A stretch of DNA of 64,000 nucleotides from a virus. Both the position numbers and the translations under genes were made by a program. Location: IMG/VR virus record IMGVR_UViG_3300036985_002638, positions 9,845 through 73,844 of that record, one strand, 5' to 3'. Shown piece by piece: positions 55,753-64,000 of the stretch. Under the pieces are notes generated by a model. That model had not been told where the DNA came from. It did not search any database and saw nothing but the letters and a program-made list of their open reading frames with translations. Positions within the stretch are counted from its first letter, which is position 1, and each line of letters begins with the position of its first letter.

Positions 55753-57768
55753 ATGGACTATAAAGAACTACCTATATTACTCGCGCCTTATGTTAAAGGA
55801 AAGGGATTTGACCCTTTGCCATTGGTTACAAATGGTATTCCTGATTATGCTGATGGAGCAAAGAATCCTAAAGTGATAGGAACTACTGAATACGAAACAT
55901 TTTGGGCGGAACAATTATACAGATGTATTAATGGATACCAAACAGGAGGAATATTTATACCAGGCAGATTCTATTATTACATGAATTTTAATAATATGAA
56001 TACGGTTCATGGTATTATTACTCCTGATTTTTGTGATATGCACTTAGAATTATGTTACATAATAGAATGGTGTAAAGCAAATGGAAAGAACTTAATAATA
56101 GGAAAGAAACGAAGGGCAGGTATATCTGAGTTTACTCAAAAGGCTGTTATTGACCACGGATATAGATTTAGTGAGTCTTATCAAGCTGGTATAGCGGCAG
56201 GTCAAAAGAAATATGCAGAGGATTTTATGACAAAGTGGGAGGATTCTGAAGCTTTATTACAGAGTGAATTTAGAGTAAACTCTCTATTAAACAACCCTGA
56301 TGAAGTAGTTTCGGGATACGAGTTAATGGATGGCGGTAAGACAACTCTAAAAAATAACGCTTGTAAGATATTTGTAAGAACCATGCACAACAACCCAAAT
56401 ATGTTTAAGGGTTTATTCTTAAATGATGTTGTGGCAGAGGAATCAGGAGAATTTGAGAATCTTTGTGAGTTTATTAGTGCTACTAATGATTGTTTAATGG
56501 ATGGAGATACACAAGTTGGAATGTTTATGATTTATGGAACTGGCGGAAATATTAACAAAGGCTCTAAAGATTTTAAGAAAGTGTGGGAGAATCCTAATGA
56601 TTATAATGCTGTTAAGTATTTAATTACAGGAGATAGATTTAAGAAACCATTTTACGGTGGCGCAACTCGTTTCGGAAAAGATGTATCAGTAACTCCTAAT
56701 CTTTTAAAGAAGTATAAACCATACCAAATAATAGGAATGGAAGATACGGAAGCTGCTATGGAGAATATTATGGAAGAGAGGGAGAGATTAAAGAAAGGAG
56801 ATTTAAAGAAATACATGGAACATTTACAGAATAATCCCATCAACGAGGCGGAGATATTTAGAAAGATGTTTAGTAATAACTTCGATATTCAAAAGATAAA
56901 TTCACAACAAGATGAAATAACTATAAATAAGAATAAGTACTCGAAGTGGAAATTAGAGTGGGTAACGAAAGAAGGAACATTAGAAAGAGTAAATCCATTA
57001 AGAGTAAAAGCTATTCCTGCAAAAGATACTGACGATGAAGGAGATTGTATATTAATACTTGATGAATACCATCCTGATAAGAAGTATAAGAATTTGTATG
57101 TTGGAGGAATTGACCCTTACGATCAAGATAAAGGGGTGTCTAAATCTTTAGGTGCAATGTGTGTAATGACTCGTCCTAATACTTTTGGTATTCCATTTAA
57201 TATGCCAGTGGCTGTTATTTGTACTCGTCCTAAAAGAAAAGAGATATTTTTTGATATGTGTTTAAAATTATCTGTTTATTATGACTTGGTAGGTAATACA
57301 TTAGGAGATAAGGCAGGTAGTTCAGGTATTATAAAGTGGTATGAAAACCATAATTGCATGAGATACTTGGCACCGAGACCTAAGAAGTTTGAGAGTATGA
57401 ATAGTGAGCAGTCACATGAGTTTTGGGTTTCATTAAATACTTATAGCCGTCCATTAATGGTTGGCGCTATGCAAACATCTATACATGATTACTGTCAGAA
57501 TATATGGTTTCCCGAATTAATTAATCAATTAGGAAACTTTGATGAAGTAGAAATAGGAAGTGATAATGACTTGGCGGATGCTTATGGAATTGCTTTAATG
57601 CAATCTATTAGTGTAGTGGCCGCGCCAAGAGATGATAATACTAAAGAATCAGAAGACCCATTTAGTTTAGGAAATTGGATAACTGATAAAAATGGAAACG
57701 TAATTCCTGCTGGAGATTTTAAGCGTCCAACTAATCCTGAAGAGGACCATGAATATTTTGGTAGTTAG
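55753..57768 (+). CDS. terL: Terminase large subunit
   Basis: KKRRAGIS (Walker A-like), AEESGEF (Walker B), YGTGG, GGIDPY and NDLADA nuclease motifs. Confidence 0.9.
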   Translation: MDYKELPILLAPYVKGKGFDPLPLVTNGIPDYADGAKNPKVIGTTEYETFWAEQLYRCINGYQTGGIFIPGRFYYYMNFNNMNTVHGIITPDFCDMHLELCYIIEWCKANGKNLIIGKKRRAGISEFTQKAVIDHGYRFSESYQAGIAAGQKKYAEDFMTKWEDSEALLQSEFRVNSLLNNPDEVVSGYELMDGGKTTLKNNACKIFVRTMHNNPNMFKGLFLNDVVAEESGEFENLCEFISATNDCLMDGDTQVGMFMIYGTGGNINKGSKDFKKVWENPNDYNAVKYLITGDRFKKPFYGGATRFGKDVSVTPNLLKKYKPYQIIGMEDTEAAMENIMEERERLKKGDLKKYMEHLQNNPINEAEIFRKMFSNNFDIQKINSQQDEITINKNKYSKWKLEWVTKEGTLERVNPLRVKAIPAKDTDDEGDCILILDEYHPDKKYKNLYVGGIDPYDQDKGVSKSLGAMCVMTRPNTFGIPFNMPVAVICTRPKRKEIFFDMCLKLSVYYDLVGNTLGDKAGSSGIIKWYENHNCMRYLAPRPKKFESMNSEQSHEFWVSLNTYSRPLMVGAMQTSIHDYCQNIWFPELINQLGNFDEVEIGSDNDLADAYGIALMQSISVVAAPRDDNTKESEDPFSLGNWITDKNGNVIPAGDFKRPTNPEEDHEYFGS

Positions 57769-57807
57769 TTACTTAATTTTTACTATTTTTGAGTAAAAAT
57801 ACATTCA

Positions 57808-60027
57808 ATGCGTTCATATCCACAAACAAATGTTTTAGAGAAAGAAAAAACACCTGAGTGGTGTAAGCTATTCCTAGATTATTCTCAAGATTTATTAAGA
57901 AGTAGCGACTATAATAGGTCGCTTATGGATGAATCTTTTAAATCATATAATGGAATAAAGACTCCTGAGAGTATATTGTATCTTACAAAAACTTACGGAA
58001 TACAAAATAGAGCGAAGTTTATACCTTACCGCGCACATTCAACTAAGATTAAATTAATGGTTGGAGAGTTTCTTACAAGACCATTAAACGCAACTGTAAC
58101 CACTATAAATAGAGATGCTAAATCTGCAAAGATGGACCAACTTGATTTTATGTACGGTGCTATGGAAGCTAAATCAGAAATACTTGATTTAAAAAACAAG
58201 GTTGGTGTAGATATAATGGAAGGCGCGCCGATACCTGATGGAGAAGAAGACCCAATATTCCAAAAGATGTCTCCAAAAGACAAGGAAGAGAGTATTATGC
58301 AAATTATCTTAAATGAGCAAATACCTTCTTTAGATTTAAAACAAAAATTTTCAAATGACTTATTAAATTGCTCAATAGCATCTATGATTTACGGAAAGGT
58401 AGAAAGAGATGAAGAGGGTGAAACAAGATATATTAGTATTGACCCACGCGATGCTATTTACGAAGAGATTGATGGAGATACTTTCTTAGAGAAAAGTCCT
58501 ATCATGGGATGTAGACAATGGATGTCTATTCACGATGTGATGCGTAGATATAACTTTGATACTAAGCAGTTGCAGATGTTAAAAGATATATCTAATAATC
58601 CACAAAGTTACGCTAATGCTTCTAATAACAGAATTAGATATAGCCCTAATGGCGGATTAGTAGTAGAGGTTATTCATATAGAGTGGAAATCAGTAACAGC
58701 TTCTTACTTTAAGAAAATGCCTAAGACTGTAACTCAATTAATATTCGATCCATCAGAGAAATTTATTTACACAGAAATTGATGCTAAAAACTACGAAGAT
58801 AATAAAGAGTGGCACGATTCACAAGTACAGAAAGGTAAGTATGAGATAGAAGTAAGATACGCAGAAGACTTATGGGAAGCAACTCGTATAGGAGGATTAG
58901 AGAAATTAGACGTTAATATGAGACGTTCTTACTTTATTATGAGAAGTGTTGACGAGCCAGGAAAAGTATTAAGTTCATCTTATACAGGATTCTTATGCGG
59001 AACGGTTGACGGTAAACGTATCTCTTTAATGAATGAAATGGAGAATTGGTCTAACATATTTGATATTGTAATGTATCAAATATTAAAGGATATTAATAAG
59101 CACAAAGGAACAATTTTAGGATTCAACACGGCGGCATTAGGAGCAAAAAATACAGTAAAGAAAATCAATTACGATATAGTAAACGATGGATTTGTAACTT
59201 ATGATACTTCAGCAAGCGGTAACTTTCATGGTAGAGATGTGTCTTTAAATAACATATTACAAACACATGATTTAGGATTAAGTAGTTCTTTTGGAGCATT
59301 AGTTCAATTTAAAAACGACATTCTAGTTATGATGGATAGAATGACAGGTATTAACAATGATAGAGAAGGTCAAATATCGGCTAGTGCAACTGCAACTAAT
59401 ACTAATTCAGCTATCCAAGCTTCTAGGACAATGACAGAGCCATTCTTTTACGGAGTTTATATGTATATTAATAAGACTTTAACTAAGATTGTGGAGAGTA
59501 CTAAGATTACTTGGGCATTCTATAAATTAGAAAAGGGTGAGCAGATATTAGGAGTAAGTAAATTTAAGTTCTTAAAAGTATCTCAAGAGATAGGATATAA
59601 GGATTACGGTGTTCATTTAGAAGACTCAGGTAAATACGCAGAGGTTAAACAATTTATGAGAGACCAACTTAATGCTTCTTTAAATGCTAAAGAAATACGT
59701 CCAGAAGATGCTTTAGCTTTTGTATGGTCAGATATTGCATCAGAACAAAGAGCTATATTAAAAGAAGGATGGGCTAAGATTAAAGAACTTGAAGGGCAAA
59801 GTCAACAAGCTCAAATGCAAAATCAACAACAAATGCAAGCAGCTCAACTTGAACAACAGTTACAGTTAGCTAGAGAGGACCGTGAGGACAGACAGTTAAA
59901 TGAAAAAGATAATATTATTTTGCAAGGTGACACTGATATACGCGTAAATCAAAATAAGATGTCTGACCAAGTGATAGTTAATCAAAATAAATTCGATAAC
60001 GAAAATATAAACAATGCAAATATTTAA
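57808..60027 (+). CDS. Portal protein
   Basis: 739 aa after terL; MTGINNDREGQI; Gln-rich C-terminal barrel helix. Confidence 0.85.
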   Translation: MRSYPQTNVLEKEKTPEWCKLFLDYSQDLLRSSDYNRSLMDESFKSYNGIKTPESILYLTKTYGIQNRAKFIPYRAHSTKIKLMVGEFLTRPLNATVTTINRDAKSAKMDQLDFMYGAMEAKSEILDLKNKVGVDIMEGAPIPDGEEDPIFQKMSPKDKEESIMQIILNEQIPSLDLKQKFSNDLLNCSIASMIYGKVERDEEGETRYISIDPRDAIYEEIDGDTFLEKSPIMGCRQWMSIHDVMRRYNFDTKQLQMLKDISNNPQSYANASNNRIRYSPNGGLVVEVIHIEWKSVTASYFKKMPKTVTQLIFDPSEKFIYTEIDAKNYEDNKEWHDSQVQKGKYEIEVRYAEDLWEATRIGGLEKLDVNMRRSYFIMRSVDEPGKVLSSSYTGFLCGTVDGKRISLMNEMENWSNIFDIVMYQILKDINKHKGTILGFNTAALGAKNTVKKINYDIVNDGFVTYDTSASGNFHGRDVSLNNILQTHDLGLSSSFGALVQFKNDILVMMDRMTGINNDREGQISASATATNTNSAIQASRTMTEPFFYGVYMYINKTLTKIVESTKITWAFYKLEKGEQILGVSKFKFLKVSQEIGYKDYGVHLEDSGKYAEVKQFMRDQLNASLNAKEIRPEDALAFVWSDIASEQRAILKEGWAKIKELEGQSQQAQMQNQQQMQAAQLEQQLQLAREDREDRQLNEKDNIILQGDTDIRVNQNKMSDQVIVNQNKFDNENINNANI

Positions 60028-60052
60028 TATATTTGACTAAAAATACAACAAA

Positions 60053-61204
60053 ATGGAAAACCAAGCTGAAATAGTAGCAGAAAATACTCAACGAGAGGTT
60101 GAGTCTGCCGTAAAGCCTAATTTCGATTTGTTGTCAACTGACTCATACATTAACGGTGAAGTTCCAGTAGCAGCAAAAGAAGAGGTAAAAGAAGAAGTTA
60201 AATCTGAAAAGACAGAGGAAGTTATTGAATCTGAAATGAAATTAGATGAAGAAAAACCATCTGAAGAAGTTAAAGAAGAATTAACGGAAGATGTTAATGA
60301 AGAGGTAATTGATGAGAACGCGCCACTAACATTAGATGATGATTCTACTCAAGAAGAAGAAGGAGATTGGATTGTGTATGCTAAATCAGAAGGTTTAGAA
60401 ATTGCAGAAAATTCTGTTGAGGCTTATATAGAAGCTAAAACAGCTCCCTTAATAGAAGAGATTGAAAAGGCTAAATCATTAACTAAAGAATCTTTATTCT
60501 CTCAATTAGCTCCAGAACAAAGAATGTATATGGAGTTGGCTGATGCAGGATACTCACACGATGAGATAGTTAACCCTCTTAAAAATATAGAGAAATACAA
60601 ATCAATGGATTCTGTAGCTTTATATAGAGAAGATTTAACTATTAAGATTGAACAAATAAGACCACTAACAGATACAGATATGGCTTGGATTGACCAAGAG
60701 ATTGAAAGAAAAGTTGAAAGTGGAGAGGTAGAACATGAGGCTACTAGAATTAGATTAGAATTAGATGCTGCGGAGAAACAAATTGTTTCACAACGCTCAG
60801 AGATAATTGAAAAATACAAAGCGAATAGAGAAAATAGTTTACTACAAGCGCGCAAAGCGGAATCTGAATCAGTAACAAAAGCACTGAATGAATTGTCAGT
60901 CTTTATGAATCAGCCACTTGCACCAGAAGTAAAGAAAGGCTTAACAGAAAGGTATAATAGTGGTAAGTACGACCAACTAATGAAAGACCCAAGTATGGTA
61001 AGTAAGTTTATAGCATTTGTAGAGTTAGGAGAGAAAGCCGTAAAAAATATTGAAGCTAAGAGCTACACTAAAGGCAAACTTGAATACGCAAACAAGATGC
61101 ACAACACACCGCCTTTGGAAAAAGGAGGAGCATCAAAAAGCATGACATTACAAAAAACAGGAAATTTTGAGTTATTAGAAAACGACCCACATTTGAATGG
61201 TTAA
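60053..61204 (+). CDS. Acidic scaffold-like protein
   Basis: Glu-rich N-terminus; between portal and capsid genes. Confidence 0.6.
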   Translation: MENQAEIVAENTQREVESAVKPNFDLLSTDSYINGEVPVAAKEEVKEEVKSEKTEEVIESEMKLDEEKPSEEVKEELTEDVNEEVIDENAPLTLDDDSTQEEEGDWIVYAKSEGLEIAENSVEAYIEAKTAPLIEEIEKAKSLTKESLFSQLAPEQRMYMELADAGYSHDEIVNPLKNIEKYKSMDSVALYREDLTIKIEQIRPLTDTDMAWIDQEIERKVESGEVEHEATRIRLELDAAEKQIVSQRSEIIEKYKANRENSLLQARKAESESVTKALNELSVFMNQPLAPEVKKGLTERYNSGKYDQLMKDPSMVSKFIAFVELGEKAVKNIEAKSYTKGKLEYANKMHNTPPLEKGGASKSMTLQKTGNFELLENDPHLNG

Positions 61205-61244
61205 CAAATTAAAAAAACAACTAACCTTAAAATAAAAAACAATT

Positions 61245-62720
61245 ATGCCAACAGTAAACCCAGGTCAAACAAACCTAGTAAGAGGTACGTTCTCAGCAGA
61301 CTGTACTTTAGAGTCTGATTTAATTAGAAATCAGCAAAAATTCCCTGCTATCCGTCAAATGTTAGAACGTGTGGATCAAAGACAATTAACTACTTTATTA
61401 ACATCTGGAGCAGTAGGCCCTTATGGTATTAATTTAAGTAAACCAACTAAGTTTGGTAAAGTAAAAGAAAGCCAAGCTATTGGAGATAACTCTTACCGTT
61501 TCAACGTTATGGGTCGTATTCAAAAAGCTGCAACAATTATCTCTCAAGTAGGTAGTTCAGGTTCAGATGGTACTTTCCAATTAATCGCTAAAGATAACTA
61601 CGCGTACAAAGGACAAATGTGTGTTTTTTACGGAAATCGTTATTCTGCAATGGTTATGGCTGAGCCTACTAAGGTAGCAGCAGGATGGTTATATAGTTTC
61701 CAACATCCACAAAAAGAAGTATTCTCTTTTGCTACACACGTTGCAGCTCAAGGTACAGGTACTTATACTTTCTTCCCATCTACAACAGGTTATGGTGAGA
61801 AATCTTTAAAAGGATATGGTCGTGACCAATTCCCTGATACTTTTATCGTAGATATGACTACTCAACGTAAAACAGTTGCTATCTCTGGAGATGCTGCAAC
61901 AGATGTATTATGGTATGAGTATATGTCTTCTAACGGTCCAGTTAAAGGATGGAAATTCGAGAAAGTTCGTCAAGCAGAAGCTCAATGGGCTATGGAGAAT
62001 GAATATGCTAAAATCTTCGGTATCTCTACTATGAAAAACACAGATGGCTCTCGTGCTGCTGTAGCTAACTTAGTTGATAACGAAACAGGTAATGGTATTA
62101 TCATGGGTGACGGTATCGAGGAGCAAATCTCTGGCGGTAACGAATTATATGGTTCAGGTGTAAACGGAGAAGCTACAGAAGATGATTTTATTGATGCAAT
62201 GAAATTATTAACTAAGCAATCTGATTCATCTACGTCTTCTGTTAATATCGTGTTTATGACAGGTATTGATGGATACTACAATGCTCAACGTAAAATGGCT
62301 CGTTTCGTATTAGCGCAAAACGCTCAATTAATGCAACAAGTACAAGGTGGAGCTGAAATCGAAGTAGGATACCACATTACACGTATGAATTTCGCAGGAA
62401 GTTCAGTATGTTTTGTACAACATCCTTTATTTGATGATGAGTTACGTTTCCCTGAGAGAGGTAATGATGGTCAATTAATCATGTCAAGTACTTATATTGG
62501 TGGAGATTTAGGTTCATTTATGGATTCTAATATCGAAATTATACCTAAAGGTGCTTACGGTGTTAATCGTTCTGACGTTAAAACTACTATTAATGGTATG
62601 ACAGGTTTACCTGGAGATGCTATTTCAGAAGAAGACGCTTGGAAAATGGCGATGTTAAAGCAAGATTTACTTGTTATTTACAACACAAAAAGATGGGCGA
62701 TCATCCGTAAATCAGCTTAA
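61245..62720 (+). CDS. Major capsid protein (crAss-like, HK97 fold)
   Basis: 491 aa; TTQRKTVAISGDA, GDGIEEQI, HPLFDD; highly expressed-type codon usage; strong terminator downstream. Confidence 0.85.
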   Translation: MPTVNPGQTNLVRGTFSADCTLESDLIRNQQKFPAIRQMLERVDQRQLTTLLTSGAVGPYGINLSKPTKFGKVKESQAIGDNSYRFNVMGRIQKAATIISQVGSSGSDGTFQLIAKDNYAYKGQMCVFYGNRYSAMVMAEPTKVAAGWLYSFQHPQKEVFSFATHVAAQGTGTYTFFPSTTGYGEKSLKGYGRDQFPDTFIVDMTTQRKTVAISGDAATDVLWYEYMSSNGPVKGWKFEKVRQAEAQWAMENEYAKIFGISTMKNTDGSRAAVANLVDNETGNGIIMGDGIEEQISGGNELYGSGVNGEATEDDFIDAMKLLTKQSDSSTSSVNIVFMTGIDGYYNAQRKMARFVLAQNAQLMQQVQGGAEIEVGYHITRMNFAGSSVCFVQHPLFDDELRFPERGNDGQLIMSSTYIGGDLGSFMDSNIEIIPKGAYGVNRSDVKTTINGMTGLPGDAISEEDAWKMAMLKQDLLVIYNTKRWAIIRKSA

Positions 62721-62736
62721 TTAGATTTATAATAAT

Positions 62737-62771
62737 AAAAACCCCTAGCATTAATTTGTTAGGGGTTTTTT
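62737..62771 (+). terminator. Intrinsic terminator after the capsid gene
   Basis: AAAAACCCCTAGCA...TGTTAGGGGTTTTTT. Confidence 0.8.
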
Positions 62772-62833
62772 AGTTTTTTAATTCAAGTTTGAGTTATTTT
62801 TATATATTTGTCTTAAATTTAAACCAAATAAAA

Positions 62834-63970
62834 ATGAATGTATTTAATTTAACTGCCAACGACAACGTAAGCGAGATGCTTAAAGAAGGCACAGATTACA
62901 TCATTGTAAAAGACGGCAATGGTGCGGAAACAAAAATCGTCAATTTAGCTAATGAGAAATACTGTCCTCGCAAGGGATTTATTGAAATCGAAGCTATGCG
63001 AAAATCTAACAAACATGAAAATGTTAAAATGATTAGAAAGATTCGGGACAAAAAAACTAACTTATTCTATGGTATTCCAACAGGAATTAACACAGAAACT
63101 AAAGAGTTACAGTTTAAAGCAATTTGGATAGACAATAAGATGTTATTCGATTTGTCAATTCCTGACCAAGCGATGGCTTGTGCTATCATTTTAAACAGTC
63201 AATACATAGAAGGAAGTCCAAACCAACAAGGTAGAAGCTTATGGAAAGTAATTGATAAGGAGGTAATAGCTCATAAAGAGATTAATAAACGTACTTTAAG
63301 AAGACAAGCGGAGGTTATTATCGAGTCATTAAGCGGAAGTGCTTTAGAAGAAGCTGCAATTAATTTAGGTATTAATGTAGATGCTAACAGAAGTGTATTT
63401 ATGATGACTAATGAGATTTACCGAGTAATGGAATTAGACCCTAAGAAGTTTATCGAGTTACATAATAATCCTGAGAGAGAATATATTTCAGTATTTAATA
63501 AGGCGGTTGCTAAAGGATTCATTGTAAACGATGTATTAACAGGCAATTATATCTATGGTAATATTCCATTAGGACATAATAAAGAAATGGCTATTAAATT
63601 CTTAGTAGATAATACAGGAATGGCTACTACTTTAAATGCTAAATGCGATATGCAAGATGCTGAGTCAAGAAAGTCTATGGAAATTAAGCAAGAGTCGGCA
63701 CAATCACAATCTAAAGAAGCAGAAATGCAGAAAAAGATTATGGAATTAGAAGCTGAATTAGCTAAGAATAAGAAAGTAGAGGAGTTTAAAGACCCATTTG
63801 CAAGTATGGAATCGGCGGTTTCGGAAGAAACTAAAAAAGATAGTGCTGAAGTAATGGCTGATTTAAAAGCAAGAGCTAAAGAATTAGGTATTAAAGGATT
63901 TGCACTACCTCACATGACAGAAGCTAAATTAGTAGCTGCCATAGAAGAAGCAGAGAGTAAACTAGCATAA
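62834..63970 (+). CDS. Conserved post-capsid protein (crAss gp75-like) with C-terminal HeH/Rho-N-like segment
   Basis: ATG at 62834 preferred over TTG at 62789; LKARAKELGIKG...KLVAAIEEA. Confidence 0.55.
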   Translation: MNVFNLTANDNVSEMLKEGTDYIIVKDGNGAETKIVNLANEKYCPRKGFIEIEAMRKSNKHENVKMIRKIRDKKTNLFYGIPTGINTETKELQFKAIWIDNKMLFDLSIPDQAMACAIILNSQYIEGSPNQQGRSLWKVIDKEVIAHKEINKRTLRRQAEVIIESLSGSALEEAAINLGINVDANRSVFMMTNEIYRVMELDPKKFIELHNNPEREYISVFNKAVAKGFIVNDVLTGNYIYGNIPLGHNKEMAIKFLVDNTGMATTLNAKCDMQDAESRKSMEIKQESAQSQSKEAEMQKKIMELEAELAKNKKVEEFKDPFASMESAVSEETKKDSAEVMADLKARAKELGIKGFALPHMTEAKLVAAIEEAESKLA

Positions 63971-64000
63971 CTATAACTAAACACAAAACGAAAGAGGGCG

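Noticed and set aside
9124-60855. Antisense or overlapping ORFs in the track (e.g. 9124, 13886, 16940, 17918, 18054, 25151, 28264, 29961, 32128, 32977, 43057, 43896, 45337-45863 plus strand, 50585, 51751, 52293, 56202, 56652, 58026, 60502)
   Set aside because: Shadows of well-supported genes in another frame or strand, with Ser/Leu/Phe-biased composition and no motifs.
1-64000. Stop-codon reassignment as in some crAss-like phages
   Set aside because: Long genes are intact in the standard code, TAG is used as a real stop, and no suppressor anticodon was found.

Overview
AT-rich dsDNA bacteriophage DNA, most likely from a Bacteroidota phage, with a crAss-like (Crassvirales-type) virion module. 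The head genes (terminase, portal, scaffold-like, major capsid, gp75-like) lie at 55.2-64 kb; ring/IHF-like/tail-tube/muzzle genes, three large ejection (cargo) proteins and Cys-rich tail proteins lie at 0-24 kb. The gene order suggests the two window ends are close neighbours on the genome map. A minus-strand replication/recombination block (24.9-40.4 kb) encodes GroES, MazG, RusA, a NinB-like protein, an SSB-like protein, DnaB, an intein-containing SF2 helicase, tRNA-Gln and an aberrant tRNA. A cluster of small putative early genes (45.3-51 kb) points away from a repeat-rich non-coding strand switch (51.0-51.75 kb). I recognised no DNA polymerase, primase, RNA polymerase, integrase or lysin. 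The most notable find is a three-cassette integron-like array with attC-like sites at 33.7-35.1 kb: no integrase, ORFs inverted relative to classical integrons, and a phage promoter at the far end. Other finds: an 18-bp palindrome at 14 sites, three distinct promoter-like motif classes, structured ncRNA candidates around tRNA-Gln, two attenuator-like leaders, and repeat-bounded domain modules in the giant ejection protein. All calls come from reading the sequence; no searches were run.
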